Assembly: GCF_021028975.2 (NCBI RefSeq)
Contig: NC_059427.1
Coordinates: forward strand, 141,918,001-141,982,000
Reading direction: 5' to 3'
Length of the DNA: 64,000 bases
From: Sphaerodactylus townsendi
Lineage: Eukaryota
In this document: piece after piece, positions 1 through 11,834 of the stretch
How positions within the stretch are numbered: position 1 is the stretch's first letter
Layout of the letters: each line of letters opens with the position of its first letter
Notes under the pieces: generated by a model
Database searches by the model: none
What the model was told of the DNA's origin: nothing
Seen by the model: only the letters and a program-made list of their open reading frames with translations
Program-made: the position numbers and the translations under genes

Positions 1-301
1 CAAAACTCTCACCTCGTGACTTACATGGGTCCAACTCTGATAAGGTTAACTGAGATGGATGAAAGCAACTTGCTGCCAGTATACTATTGTGGTTAGAATC
101 TGGCTCTGCAGCCATGAACATCATGGGGTAACTCTGGGCCGGTCGTTCTCTCCCAGCCCAACCCTACCTCACATGGCTGGTGTGCAGATAAAATGGAAGA
201 GGTTACTTTGAGCTTTCTGAAGGAAGAGTGAAATGAAAATGGAAAACTACTAAAGAACATATAAGAGGAAGTTTCTGCTCCCCAAGGCCACTGTTTCATA
301 C

Positions 302-371
302 CTTATAGTGGGAACAGCAAATGGATCAAAGTCATTCAGTTTCTGCAGGTCGATAGGAACTGAAATGCGAC
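302..371 (-). CDS. PRIM1: PRIM1 exon 10 (70 nt)
   Basis: [23 protein letters not shown]; AG/GT. Confidence 0.96.
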
Positions 372-3300
372 CTGGAAGAGGCAAAAGATGGAATCATTCT
401 CTGGACTTCTCATGCCAAGGACCATTAGTGCTGGAGTCGAGGAAGACAAAGAACATTCTGGATTGTATCCAGCAGTTGTTTTCTGCCTTGGAAAGGGCCC
501 TTCTTTCATGGAGGGTGATTTTAACAGACCCTCCCCTCTCGTTGCAGAATAACACTTTGCCCTCCGTTCTTTTCTGATCTCCAGAAACAGAATTTCAGGA
601 GGGTTAGTGGGCTGCAGTGGGACTGGGGAAAGGGGAAGTCCCATTCGTCAAGCTTTACCATGTTCAAAATTCATTGAATGCAGTCCACTGTTTTCATTCA
701 GTGGCAGAGCATCAGCGTTGCATGCAGAAGGTCCCCCGCTATAATCCCCAATGACTCCAGTTATAAGGTTCAGGTAATAACTGATGCAAATGCAAAATAC
801 CTTCGCTTCATACCCTGGACAGCTGCTGCTAGTCAGAGTAGACAACACTGACCTTGATAGACCAGCAATCTGACTCAGTATAAGGCCGTTTCATGAGTGT
901 TCAGAAAAGTTAAATTTCATCCCAAAACTTGAACAGCTGATCATCTCATGTTCTTTTTGCATCTTTTTCTATTTCAGCTTTTGCCCAAGGCATTTTTTAA
1001 TATTTTCTTTTTCATTTCCTATCTCAGTAGCGTGTCAAGGCCAAAACTCTTTTAAGAAGGTGGAAGTGTGACTTCTGCTTAATTTAAGATTCTCTTGACA
1101 ACAATTTGCCCTCAACCATAGTGTGATTCTATGCAGCATTACTCTAGTCTAAGCCTGTTTTTATCAATGACTTTAATTAGAATGTCCATAGGACTGCTGT
1201 CAATCAACGTAATCCTGAAGTATTAAAGATTGCTGTCCAGTTATTTATCAACATATAACCAAGATCCTTTACTTAAACAGCATGTTACACAATTTCAGCA
1301 TTTTGTGCCCAAACCTGAAGAAACTGGTTATTATATTGTAATTCTTAAATGCCATCTACTCTGCACCATGACCACTAACATGTGACTTGCTTGTCCTGGC
1401 ACAGGTGCTTTCGGGAAGTGGTTTTTTTTCCTCATGCTTCCTGAAAGCATTGTGGTGGATTTGTGTACCTTCTGGGTTCTCCCAGTGTTTTCCATGATTT
1501 TTCCCAAACATGCTTTGTGGCAATAATTTGCAAAAGATTGCGGCAAAGATAGGATAGCTGCCGTGTTGGCAGAAAAGGTCAATTCCCACTCACGTTGGTG
1601 TTGCCCTTCCTATGTCACCAGGGGGATTTTTGAGGGTTTAAAAAATCAGTAAGACACAATACAAGGGTATATCAACATGTCAATTATAGTTTAGAAACGC
1701 AAAAAGCATTTCCAGTTGTGTGGAAGGGGAGATGGGCACTGCAGAGACTGGGCAAAGAAAAACACAAGAAACCCATGAGAAACTCAACTGATTTTACAAC
1801 TGAGACCACAGAAAGTAGACGCCACACAAAAGGAGCCTATGTTTACTATAGGAACTCAAATAAATCTGTTATGCAAACCAATATTCATTCTGTATTTATA
1901 TCCAGAAAGCAACCAGAAGATCCCACTTCTCTTAAAAATGATGTTTCTGGATAATAGGGATATATGCCCAGCTAACTTTGTGAAGGTTCTTGCCATTGGT
2001 CACATTTATCTCTGATTTAAAGCAAAAGGAGATGCACAAACACAATGATCATGACTCTTAATTACTATTAGATACAGTTGCACCTGCTTTTGAAAAAATA
2101 TTGCATTATTACTTTTCTATTCTGCCCTTCCTCCTCACAAGTTCTGTGAGGCTGATCAGACTGAGAGATAGTTACCCACTTAGTTTCATGGCTGAGTTGG
2201 GAATCTAATAGTGCAACCTCATGCAGAGTTAATCCTGTCTGAACTCATTTCTTTCAACAAACTTGGACTGGAGTAACTCTTCATAGGATTACACAATAAA
2301 CTCCCTGATCCATATTTTACGCTACACAACATTAAATCTCTGTGTTTGCTAAAGAAAGTTGAAGCGTCATGAAACTGACCTGTTTTGGGATGAACACTGA
2401 AGGGGCTCTTCAATAAATGGTTGATTCCTTTGCTAACATTAATATCCAGCCGTGGAAAGCAGTACTGCAACATGATCTCCCACTGTGCTTTCTTGAAAAG
2501 GAAAGATTGCAACCAGATCACCTTTTGGAGGTATGCATCCAAATCTTTACAAGAGGTAGGTTAATCATTTTGCAGAATGAACTGTGCCATTTATATAATT
2601 CAAGAGAAAATTATGTGACTGTAAAGCCAAATGTAATTTTTATAAAAGACTCTGAATACATCAGTGCTGAGAAGATCCACTTGTGTGGAGATGGTCAAAG
2701 TTGGCCTGTGGTCCACAATTAGTTTCCCAAGATAGACTTTGGTCCACAGGATGCATTCTGGAATGTGGTTCTAGGTAGCATTCCAGTCCTCATTAGGGAA
2801 GCCTCTTTCTCCTGCATCGTTAACTTGGTCCCTGCATTTGGGTGGCTAGCCTCCACCTACACCTACCTCAGCATATTCCTAGTCTCTTCAAGTAGGAAGC
2901 ACAATTGGTTCCAGAAGATGTAGGGGGAAGGCCCCATTGCCTGCTTCAAAAGCAATGCCATTTTCATGTAGAACCCAGAGGCAGAGTTTAGAAGGTTCTT
3001 GGTGTGAATTCCTCACTTCTTCTGGGCTAATGACTGACTTGCCCGAAACCCTCAAAATCTTAAAGCTGGGATGTCAATATTTATCCTGGGAACTACAACT
3101 CTCTCCCTATGAAGGTCTCACCATAAACTTGTTGATAAAACTTACTGTAGTCCAGGGTTCAGAAACTAATCATCCAGTGAGAGTTCACTACTTAGAACCC
3201 AGCTGTCAGTCTCTGTAGCCAGCGTTGTGTAGTGGTTAAGAGCAGGTGGATTCTAATCTGGTGAACCTGGTTTTGATTTCGCACTCCTCCACCTGAGTGG

Positions 3301-6300
3301 CAGAGGCTTATCTGGTGAACCAAATGTGTTTCCACACTCCTACATTCTTGCTGGGTGATCTTGGGCTAATCACAGTTCTTCGGAACTCTCTCAGCCCCAC
3401 CTACCTCACAAGGTGTCTGTTGTGGGGAGAGGAAGGGAAAGGAGCTTGTAAGCTACCTTGAGGCTCCTTACAGGTGGTGTATAAATCCAAACTCTTCTTC
3501 TTCTATACCAGAAATCTCTACACCTTTTATTTCCCCCTGTGCTGCACTGTCCCTGTCACTCAGTGCTGGCACACCCATTCACAAAGTTCCTGAGAAGCAT
3601 ATTCCCTAGCCCACCCCCTGCCATTACTTACATTGCCACTGGACTTCTCTGTCTTGTTTTTCAAAAGCTCCCAGCGCTGGACCGAATTGCGCTTTTTACA
3701 GAATTCCTTCTGCAGTGTCTCTCGAACTGGTAGCCAAGTTGTTAAGGAGTTTGAAGGCTGGCTTAAGATATTTTGTGCTTGAGGCTTTTTAGCCAAATAG
3801 CACCCTTGTGACTTTTAAAGTTTCTTTTCAAATTAATTCATTAAATAACACAAATTTAATTATGATTGGTGGGGTTGGCAGTATATTATTCAGTCTTACA
3901 TACCAGTATTGTTTTTCTGGTAGCATACATTTCCAAATACTTCTCCAATAAAAGATTTTTTTCCAGATTGTGTTGGGAATTTGTACAGCACGCTTGTAAT
4001 AAAATGGGAATTTTATAAGTTGTTTTATCATATTTTTTGTTTTCCTGTTTTCTGTTGCTTGATGCCTCTCTTTTTTTTGTTGATGATCATCTCCTAAACA
4101 CACACATGCCAACATAAAATGAGGCCTAGCTCATGTTCGTGTCAGGGAGGTTGAAACAGGAGAATTTTCTGGCCTCCCAGACCCTCGTCACACACCCTAA
4201 ATTCTATTTCACCTCAGCTGTCACCTATGTGTGGTGAATTAGTTACATTCTTTGGATACTCCCCTACGTAAAATTCCCCCACAAATAGAAAATTAGCACA
4301 TAAAAGGAATAGGCTGAACTCAAACCTCCCAGATATATTAATTTTTGGCTTTTAAAAACTTTTCTGAAGTTTTAGAGGATTACAGTGGTATACGTCACTT
4401 TACTACCTTTGGATTCTGTCACTTCTTTTTGCTCTATGTGTAGACTTCACAATTCAACAAACCTTAAATCTAGAAGAAAACTTAGGAGCCCACAAGGTTT
4501 CTTATGAGCAGTGCAAAAATATCTTCCTGACTGGTCACAAATTATTTTTTAGATATCTTGGTCAATTTATGAGTAGGGTACCAATAAGTCACACAAAACC
4601 ATTCTCCCTAGTAAGTCCCATGCCCCCCTGCCTTTCAGATAATCCCCACAGGATATGTTCTGGAACCAGAGCCAACACTTTATCATAGCTCTCTTTGCTT
4701 CCAAGTATGTCCTGGGAGACAAGGGCATATTCTTCAAAGTATTCCTCTACCACATTTAGTGATTCCCTAAAAAGAAAAGGGAGAACATTAGCAATATATC
4801 CACACTTCTAATTCTTTGCAGAAGAGGGAAGTTTGCTTGTCTTGCAGAAGTGAGAAAAGCTACACTCATTGAAATCCCCTCCCTGGCATTTCATTTGCTC
4901 CTACTGAAGAATTAGAAGTCTAAAATGAAGCAAAGGGCAGTTTTCTTAATTTACCTATTTCAGCACTGTGAGAATGTGGAAGGCTTTTAATGCTCAGTTA
5001 CTGAGAGGCCTTTTCTCACATGCAAGTCAGAAGCAGAACAACACTCATATGGCATGAACTTCAGTTGTCCTTTTGGGCTACCAAGAGGAGCCAACAAGCT
5101 CTTTTTGTGTTACAAGCTCTCCATCAGTCTTTTCCCTGGCAAACAGAGGCTGTTCTTGTTCAAAACTCAGTGGGAGACCGTGGCTATCAAAGGCAGCTTC
5201 CCTGTGACATCCAGGGCACCAAGTTGCATTGTCCTCTCAAGCATAATGTAAAGGGCCATATAAAAATCGAGGATGCATCCCTGAGTTCCCACAGAGCTTC
5301 TTAAAACAGCTCTGGCAATGGGTCTACCAAATGGGTCTACCAAATGAAGGCAGCAAAACAAACTCCTCTCTCATTTACGTATTTCCTGATGGAATACCCA
5401 AAGATCTGCCCAGATTCATTCCTAATATATGTCTGGATACAAACAATCAGAATTGCAACCTGTGGAAAATTAATTTCGTCCTCCCTCACCGTCTTCCACT
5501 GCCTCATTAACTGACCTGATGAATGGGTGAATAGGGTCAGAGAGGATCACCTTCTTGATGGTCTGCTCACCACCCTACGAAGAGATTAAAAAATGTGCCA
5601 ATGTGAACCTAGGATTTCGTGTCTGTTTTTCTATTCAGAGCAGCAACATTCTGGCATAGAGTACTGATTCTCAAAGGGTGAGGGTGGCACTAGATCCGCT
5701 GCTCTTCTGCCTTGCCTGCATTCCCCCTTCCTTCCAAGGCTCCTCTTCCTGGAGCATCCAAAGCTTAAATCAACATCACAGCTGACACAGCCTCTGTGAA
5801 ATAAGAAGAAACTAAGCTACCACTACAACTAAAAGCAAGATCAAGGTCTTGCCTAGCAATGGCAATATATTTTGTTATGCTGGCCTTGGATATTTACTGA
5901 TGATATGAGCTGTGTCCAAACCCCAGGATGAAAAAATAGGAAGGCAAAGTCATTAAGATGTAGCATATTTAACAGAAGGGTTCCAATTCCCAGCACACTT
6001 CAAGATCATTGTCAGAGGAAGTTGTTCCAACTGCATGGCAAACACTTTCACATCTGATGAAACGTGTATTAACACCAGCTACATTTGGCAATACAGCCCC
6101 TTAACAGAAGGAGATGCAATCAGAGTGCTTGTCAAGCAAATTTCCAAGAAAAGCTTGCAATACGTTGGAAGTTTTTAACTAATAATGCTGTAGGTAATTG
6201 GCTTTTTCTCATGCATTTTTTCTAGATTTAGGCATAATTCTCCCCTCCCTTCTTTTTGACCGCTAAAGGATAACTAGATGCAAACAAGGACAGAGCTCTC

Positions 6301-9300
6301 ATAACTTCAACAGTGGAATTTTTTAAAATGACTCATCCACCTGTCAAAATAAAGCACAACACCCTTCCCTTTTATAATACCTGGGCATCTAAATATAAAG
6401 TGTAGCATTCACAGGTAATCAAACAATTTAACTTATTGGAATGAATCCTTTCTTTCATATTTGGTTAGGACAGGTTAAACTACAAATAATGGGGATAAAT
6501 ATCATGTTCCATGTACAGGAGAGGGACAAATGACTTTTTACAAGGCTTTGCACAGAAAATTGCAAGTCTACCTTCCGTGTTACAAACAGGTGTGAGGTGG
6601 GCTCATGCCACAACAGGGCTGGTTCAGTGAGTTCATGTGTAAGCCTGTACACAACCTGTGGATTTGGGCTAACACAGAAAACCTTTTCAAGGTCTTGTAG
6701 CTCTTCTCTACACTCCTTAAACATTTCAGCCTGCTTTTACATTAGATGGTCTTTCTATTGATGACTATTAGTCATCATAGCAGAATGCGTCCTCCAGACT
6801 GAGGATGCTTGTGATTATCCGATTCTGGGGAGCAGTCAGCAGGTGAGGGCTGTTATCAACAGGCCCTGCTTGTGGGCTGCCTTGTGACATCAAACAGGCT
6901 ACTGTCAGAAACAGGAAGCTGAAGGAGGTGGTCCAGTGGTCTGGACCCGCATGACTATTCTTATGTTCTTAAAACAGCTCTGGCAATGGGTCTACCAAAT
7001 GGGTTTACCAAATGAAGGCAGCAAGACAAACTCCTCTTCCATTTACTTATTTCCTGGTGGAATACCCAAAGATCTGCCCAGCTTCGTTCCTAATATATGT
7101 TTGGATATGAGCAATCAGAATTACAGCCCATGGAAAATTAATTTCCCCCTCCCCAATTAAATTCCAGCTCCCTCCTTCCTGAAAGTATCATACCTTGACC
7201 AGGGATAGATATTCCACTGCTGCAGAACGGAGAGTTGTAGACCATTTCCTGACGGAATCATCACACACCCAGCAATGGACACCTCTACGTCCTGAGTACA
7301 CCCAGAGGCGATGCTTGATTCCAAAATCCTCTGGAGGTGCAGAAGGGAAACAGCAGAAAGCACAAAATGAGCATGTACGTTAGCATTTACAATATATAGT
7401 GTTCAAGGAGTCTTCACTGCACTGTGTCACGAGAACCTGTGGCCCAGAATCTCCCTGCCACCATTCATTAATTCCTTCACTGCTCAGTTTATAGGCTGTC
7501 CTTCTGCATAAATTGGCTCAATGCACTGTGGTGCCTCCAAATACAATAACAAACTAAGGGGAATGAATTAAAAGGGAAAAGCAGGAGGAGGGGAAAGGGA
7601 AGAGGAACAGAAAGGGAAAGGGAGGGGAAAAGAGTGCCAGCTATGTTGGACTCTTTTACTGCCCTCAACTGTAGGCCTGACAGAATAGCTCCATCTTGCA
7701 GGCTCTGTGGAACTGTAATAAATCCTGCTGGACCAAAACCACTAGGGGTCTCATCCCTATTTGACTGGGAAGCTCTCTTAGTTACCCTGGATCCATCATC
7801 CTCATTTGCCTCACCTATCTCACAAGATTGTTGTGAGGATTAAAAAGAGGAGGGGGTATTTATGCTGCTCTTGGTATAACTGTAAACAGAAAGATTCTGG
7901 AAGACGTTCAGGTTCTGGTGCATTGCTAAGAGAAGGTTTGCTGAAGCAAACAGTCCAATGGTAGCCACTGTTTGCCTTAAGCCACTTACCCACTAGCGCA
8001 CGGTCGATAATGCGTATGGCTATAGTCATGAGAATCCAGCATTTAGAGCAGATCTCAGTAGAGCTGGAGAGAGAAAGAGAGAAAATAGTTAAGTCCCACT
8101 CCATTTACTCATCATAAAGGATTTCTACCCTACTTGCCCCATCATTCAAGGCAGCTTGCAAGAACTAAGTCACCATGAAACGGCACAGACCTAAAAAAAG
8201 CACCCCAAATAATTCTAGCAAGGCAAGCAGAGAAGAAACCAGAAGCAGCATGAAAACGAAGATGGGAGTAAAACAGAAACTTCTTTCCCCTTTCAACTCT
8301 CAGACCTATTTGATGACCAACAAGGAGAGGCACACATGACCTTCAGCAACGAGGCTCTTTCACAGCCCCACAGTTTTGTCTCTACTGCAAGCATGGCCTG
8401 TTTAGAAGACCGTTTGACCAAGGCCCTCCCTGAAAATCTGAGTCAGTTGGGTGGAGGTGGGGAGGAAATGGGATAACAGGGTGAAAAGGTGGCTTTTTGA
8501 AACAGCATCTGCTCTGGAGATGATCTATGTTGCTGTACAATAGCCTACCACATGGGATATTTCCATGCCCTTCAGAATATTCCTGACAGCATTTCTGGTG
8601 CTCTGGAGCCAAATAACATGACTGGGACTGACCTACATAAAAGAAATATAGGTTTAAACATACACCACCTCTGTCAAACCATATTTTAGGAAGCAATCTG
8701 AAATAGATCACAAAGCCATATTCTGTGAAACAGGACAGAACAAAAAAAAAGGGAGGTAGAGGAGTATAAAATCTTCCACTTGTATTGTTTGGCAAAAGGC
8801 TTGTAATGGACAAAAAGGAGTATCCATGCAGTTAGCCAGTACAATTCAGTCTGCAATCCTTTGCACATTAGTTTGGCAGCAAGTCCCCTGAATGCAGAGA
8901 GATTTCCTTCCAGGTAAATATACCTAAGATTGGGCTGCACATAGTCACAAGAATCAGCAGCTTTAAGCAGTGCATTAGATAATGAAAGGTAAAACCACTG
9001 ATTGCCATCAGTTAGGATATTATAGCCTTTTGGAATTAAAAACAGTGAATTAAAATTAATTGTAAGCTGCTGTCCTATATAGCAGAACAGCAGCCTTGAG
9101 TGTTTAACAATTAAATAAACTATAGTAGTGTATTGTTGAAGGCTTTCACGTCCAGAATCACTGGGGTGCTGTGTGGTTTCCGGGCTGTATGGCCGTGTTC
9201 TAGCAGCATTCTCTCCTCACGTTTCGCCTGCATCTGTGGCTGGCATCTTCAGAGGATCTTCAGAAGATGCCAGCTACAGATGCAGGCGAAACGTCATGAG

Positions 9301-11555
9301 AGAATGCTGCTAGAACACGGCCATACAGCCCGGAAACCACACAGCACCCCAAATTATAGTAGTGTTCCAAGGTGACTGTTTTTACAAGTTGCTAGCCAAA
9401 ATGGGAACAGAGCACTTGGTTTACACATTCTTCCAAGCTGCAAGAAAATAGGCTCTCTAAACAGCAAAGAATCACTGAGACCCCCTATTAGATATCAGAA
9501 ATTAACCACATACAACAATACAGATTACAAATAAACACTTAAAATGAAACATGTTGCTGGTCCCCACATGCTGCAAGATCCCAAACATAACGACGTCTGA
9601 GCTGAGAAAGAATTCTCAATATTCTACACACCTCCTTTTCCCACTATCAGGACTGCAATATTCTACCAACATAAGCTGGCCACCTCCACATCACTAACCC
9701 AGAAAATAAAAATACCTGCAGCACTGCCTGACATCATCATAATCTGTCATGTCTATGTCAAATACAAGTTCCTTTTCCTGAGCGTGGAAGGCTCCCATGT
9801 GTACTGTGTTGTGCTGGATAGGCTGCAGAGAGGAAAACCAGAAAGAATGTCACTTAATAAATAACAACTGATTACAATCAATCAAGTTTATTTACAATTT
9901 TAGACCAAACATTTAAAATATAATTTAAATAAAAAACAATTAGAAAATCCATCTTAAATAACTAATATAAAATATGGTTAAAAGATTAATCTTTCAATAT
10001 TTCAGCCGCTGAGTACAACCAAGATAGCAAGAACTTATGATGGCAATTGTCAAAGTCTATTTAAATAGAATCACTGGACCCTTTAATTCTTTTTTTCAGA
10101 TTTATTCAGTTTACAACGATATGAGCAAAATCTGGCAACTGACAATGTAATATTAAGATCCATTAGCAACCATTTTAATGTATGCTTGTTATTGCTATTG
10201 CTACCAGCAAATCTCTCCAGTGTCGAACCCAAAATGTCTTTGCGAGGCTTATCAACCAAAGGACACAGAAAGAATATATATTCCATGGTATCAGTCTCTT
10301 TTAATGAACAGTCACACAGCCTTTCTTTAAAAGGGATTTTCTTGTATCTTTCCTGAAGAACCCTAGAAGGGAGTGAGTAACTTCTGGCTAAGGGAAATGC
10401 TCTCCTCTTATTGCTGTCTTCTAGAAAATGTATACAACTGATTACAATCATTTACATTTCTGTTTTGTTGAACACAAAAGGCTAATAAAGGTAGGTTGGC
10501 TGGTGGGTGAGAAGAAACAGAAAGATCAGAAAAGAGGGTGTGGGGGCTGCCAGGGAAAGGTCAGAGGAAATAGGAGGTGAGGGGAATACGGAGCAAAGCA
10601 AGATGCCCTTGCAAGACCTTACAAGTCTCCAGCTTCCCATTATCTAGCAAGCAATGTGAAATCCATACAGAACTGTTTTCAAAATGGTGTTCAAAGCACT
10701 TAAAGAAGGGGGCCCGACAAGATTCATTTCAAAGACTTTTGTCTAACTCATCAATCGGATCGCTCAAAAGCACTCCATACCCTGTGTGAATATACAGCCC
10801 CAATGTCAATTTTGTGAGGACATATTTTCTGAATTTCTTTCTCCAGTTCCTGCGGGGTGCTGAAAGACTGATACCGGATGTAAATATCATCATGCAGTGT
10901 GAATGAGAACTCCCGTCGCTGAAAGTAATTCTTTTGCACTGAAAAAAAAGGGGGAAAAGGCAGAAGATCACCTTCTAGCTATACTGTGCATTACAGCGGC
11001 TCAGAGAGAGAATTGCGACTCAGGAACTCCCACGTTCGATGCTCATTTGTCCCATGAATTCACAGACTGGCAAACGTTTTGGCCACAGTTCCATCAGGCA
11101 CAAAAGTGTCATTCGATGCACGCCTGTTAACTCTGTATCCTATACATACACATATAGTAAATATATCTACATAGATATAGTTGCTCAATTATGATGCTTT
11201 GGGCGGGGGGAGGTTCTGGGGTATTAAAACCCACTGAATCATACTAGTGTGTCACATTCGCTGCCCCAACAGGTCTTTCCCCATGCTCTTTAATACTGAC
11301 TAACGGAAGTTACTCTGCATATGCTCAGAGGCACTGTCCATACCGGAAACCGTTTCTGAAAGTTAAAATTAACTCGTGCAGCGGCACTCTCCCCAGCACG
11401 TTACTTCATCGCCTTTTTGGTTTCTCCCAATTATTCCAGCCCCACATCTCACCGTCACCATAGCGTAGCCATCGCCCGTAAGGGCCGAAGGGGAAAATGC
11501 GGCGATAATAGATGGGTAGAAGGTCGAGCAAAGAACCAGGTTCAAAATCTGCCAT
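302..11555 (-). CDS. PRIM1: DNA primase small (catalytic) subunit, exons 1-10; 3' part lies beyond the window start
   Basis: Ten exons splice in frame: 11453-11555, 10781-10938, 9716-9822, 7990-8063, 7194-7330, 5516-5574, 4657-4766, 3632-3729, 2380-2491 (or -2521), 302-371. The protein has [28 protein letters not shown] (catalytic Asp pair), CC-x5-C-x2-C zinc site, [40 protein letters not shown]. Most exon sizes match those I recall for vertebrate PRIM1. Confidence 0.98.
2380..2491 (-). CDS. PRIM1: PRIM1 exon 9 (112 nt; alternative in-frame acceptor gives 2380-2521)
   Basis: [37 protein letters not shown]; donor GTCAGT; acceptor position uncertain. Confidence 0.9.
3217..3504 (+). mobile_element. 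tRNA/MIR-derived SINE with (CTT)n tail (Squam3-like)
   Basis: A/B-box head GTGTAGTGGTTAAGAG, core CTCTCAGCCCCACCTACCTCACA, tail ATAAATCCAAACTCTTCTTC; multiple copies in this window. Confidence 0.8.
3632..3729 (-). CDS. PRIM1: PRIM1 exon 8 (98 nt)
   Basis: [33 protein letters not shown]; AC acceptor, GTAAGT donor. Confidence 0.92.
3730..4656 (-). other. PRIM1: U12-type (minor spliceosome) AT-AC intron, PRIM1 intron 7
   Basis: 5' site ATATCCTGT at 4656; branch site TCCTTAAC at 3748-3741; AC acceptor at 3731-3730. Splicing at these sites joins exons 7 and 8 in frame. Confidence 0.96.
4657..4766 (-). CDS. PRIM1: PRIM1 exon 7 (110 nt)
   Basis: [36 protein letters not shown]; followed by the U12 donor ATATCCT. 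Confidence 0.95.
5297..5485. repeat. ~190-bp intronic duplicate, copy 1 (PRIM1 intron 6)
   Basis: Aligns directly with 6967-7155. Confidence 0.9.
5516..5574 (-). CDS. PRIM1: PRIM1 exon 6 (59 nt)
   Basis: [20 protein letters not shown]; AG/GT. Confidence 0.95.
6740..6970 (+). mobile_element. CR1 3'-UTR fragment
   Basis: Ends TGGTCTGGACCC...TTCTTATGTTCTT, a CR1-type tail. Confidence 0.6.
6967..7155. repeat. ~190-bp intronic duplicate, copy 2 (PRIM1 intron 5)
   Basis: Aligns directly with 5297-5485. Confidence 0.9.
7194..7330 (-). CDS. PRIM1: PRIM1 exon 5 (137 nt)
   Basis: [46 protein letters not shown]; AG/GT. Confidence 0.97.
7990..8063 (-). CDS. PRIM1: PRIM1 exon 4 (74 nt)
   Basis: [25 protein letters not shown]; donor GTAAGT. 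Confidence 0.97.
9132..9351. mobile_element. Penelope-like element remnant forming an inverted repeat
   Basis: Arms 9162-9253 and 9260-9351 carry GAAGATGCCAG..ACAGATGCAGGCGAAACG, typical of squamate Penelope ends. 14-bp TSD AA(C/T)TATAGTAGTGT. Single-arm relatives at ~26176-26270 and ~45765-45860. Confidence 0.75.
9716..9822 (-). CDS. PRIM1: PRIM1 exon 3 (107 nt)
   Basis: [35 protein letters not shown]; AG/GT. Confidence 0.97.
9881..10433 (-). mobile_element. 5'-truncated LINE (RTE-X-like 3' end)
   Basis: 17-bp TSD ACAACTGATTACAATCA (9864-9880 / 10434-10450). RRAF.LAR...ERLCDC...LCP knuckle resembles the C-terminus of the 57983 element. AATAAA plus (TTGA)n tail. Confidence 0.85.
10781..10938 (-). 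CDS. PRIM1: PRIM1 exon 2 (158 nt)
   Basis: [26 protein letters not shown]...[11 protein letters not shown]; AG/GT boundaries. Confidence 0.97.
11453..11555 (-). CDS. PRIM1: PRIM1 exon 1 (coding part, 103 nt)
   Basis: [34 protein letters not shown]; donor G|GTGAG. Confidence 0.95.
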
Positions 11556-11589
11556 AGCCAAAAAAAACCCCCAAACAAACAAATAAGAA

Positions 11590-11735
11590 AGCAAGCGCGG
11601 GAGAAACGAGTTTCCACTGCCAACCGGTAGCCAATGAAGGGATGCTTCGCCTTTCACAAGGACTTGTGGGAATTGTAGTTCTGATGAGGAAGAGGCCTTG
11701 GTTTCAATATCCTGTGGCACCCTCTAGTGGTGTGT
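11590..11735 (-). promoter_or_regulatory. PRIM1 promoter: E2F-like, CCAAT, ZNF143/THAP11 (M4/SBS) motif and CTCF-like site
   Basis: CpG-rich. GCGCGGGAGA at 11595; CCAAT at 11631-11635; ACTACAATTCCCA (minus) at 11667-11679; CCACTAGAGGGTGCC (minus) at 11716-11730. Motif matches only, no binding data. Confidence 0.7.
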
Positions 11736-11834
11736 TTTGACTTTTTCAGCTGAAAAGACCCTGTGTAAAACGGAGTTATTCAGTAGGAATTATGGATGTG
11801 TATTACAGAAGAAAATCTATTTATCTGTCTAGTA

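Noticed and set aside
3217-3300. tRNA genes at GTAGTGGTTAAG...GGTTCGA-like motifs (also 27873, 38760-38820, 47640)
   Set aside because: These are tRNA-derived SINE heads continuing into SINE bodies and tails; no complete cloverleaf.
5297-5485. Calling the duplicated intronic element a snoRNA
   Set aside because: No clear RUGAUGA/CUGA or ANANNA/ACA arrangement on the PRIM1 sense strand; kept only as an open finding.
11406-11720. 104-aa ORF as an N-terminally extended PRIM1
   Set aside because: It starts at a non-ATG codon and runs through promoter motifs; homology begins at the ATG at 11555.
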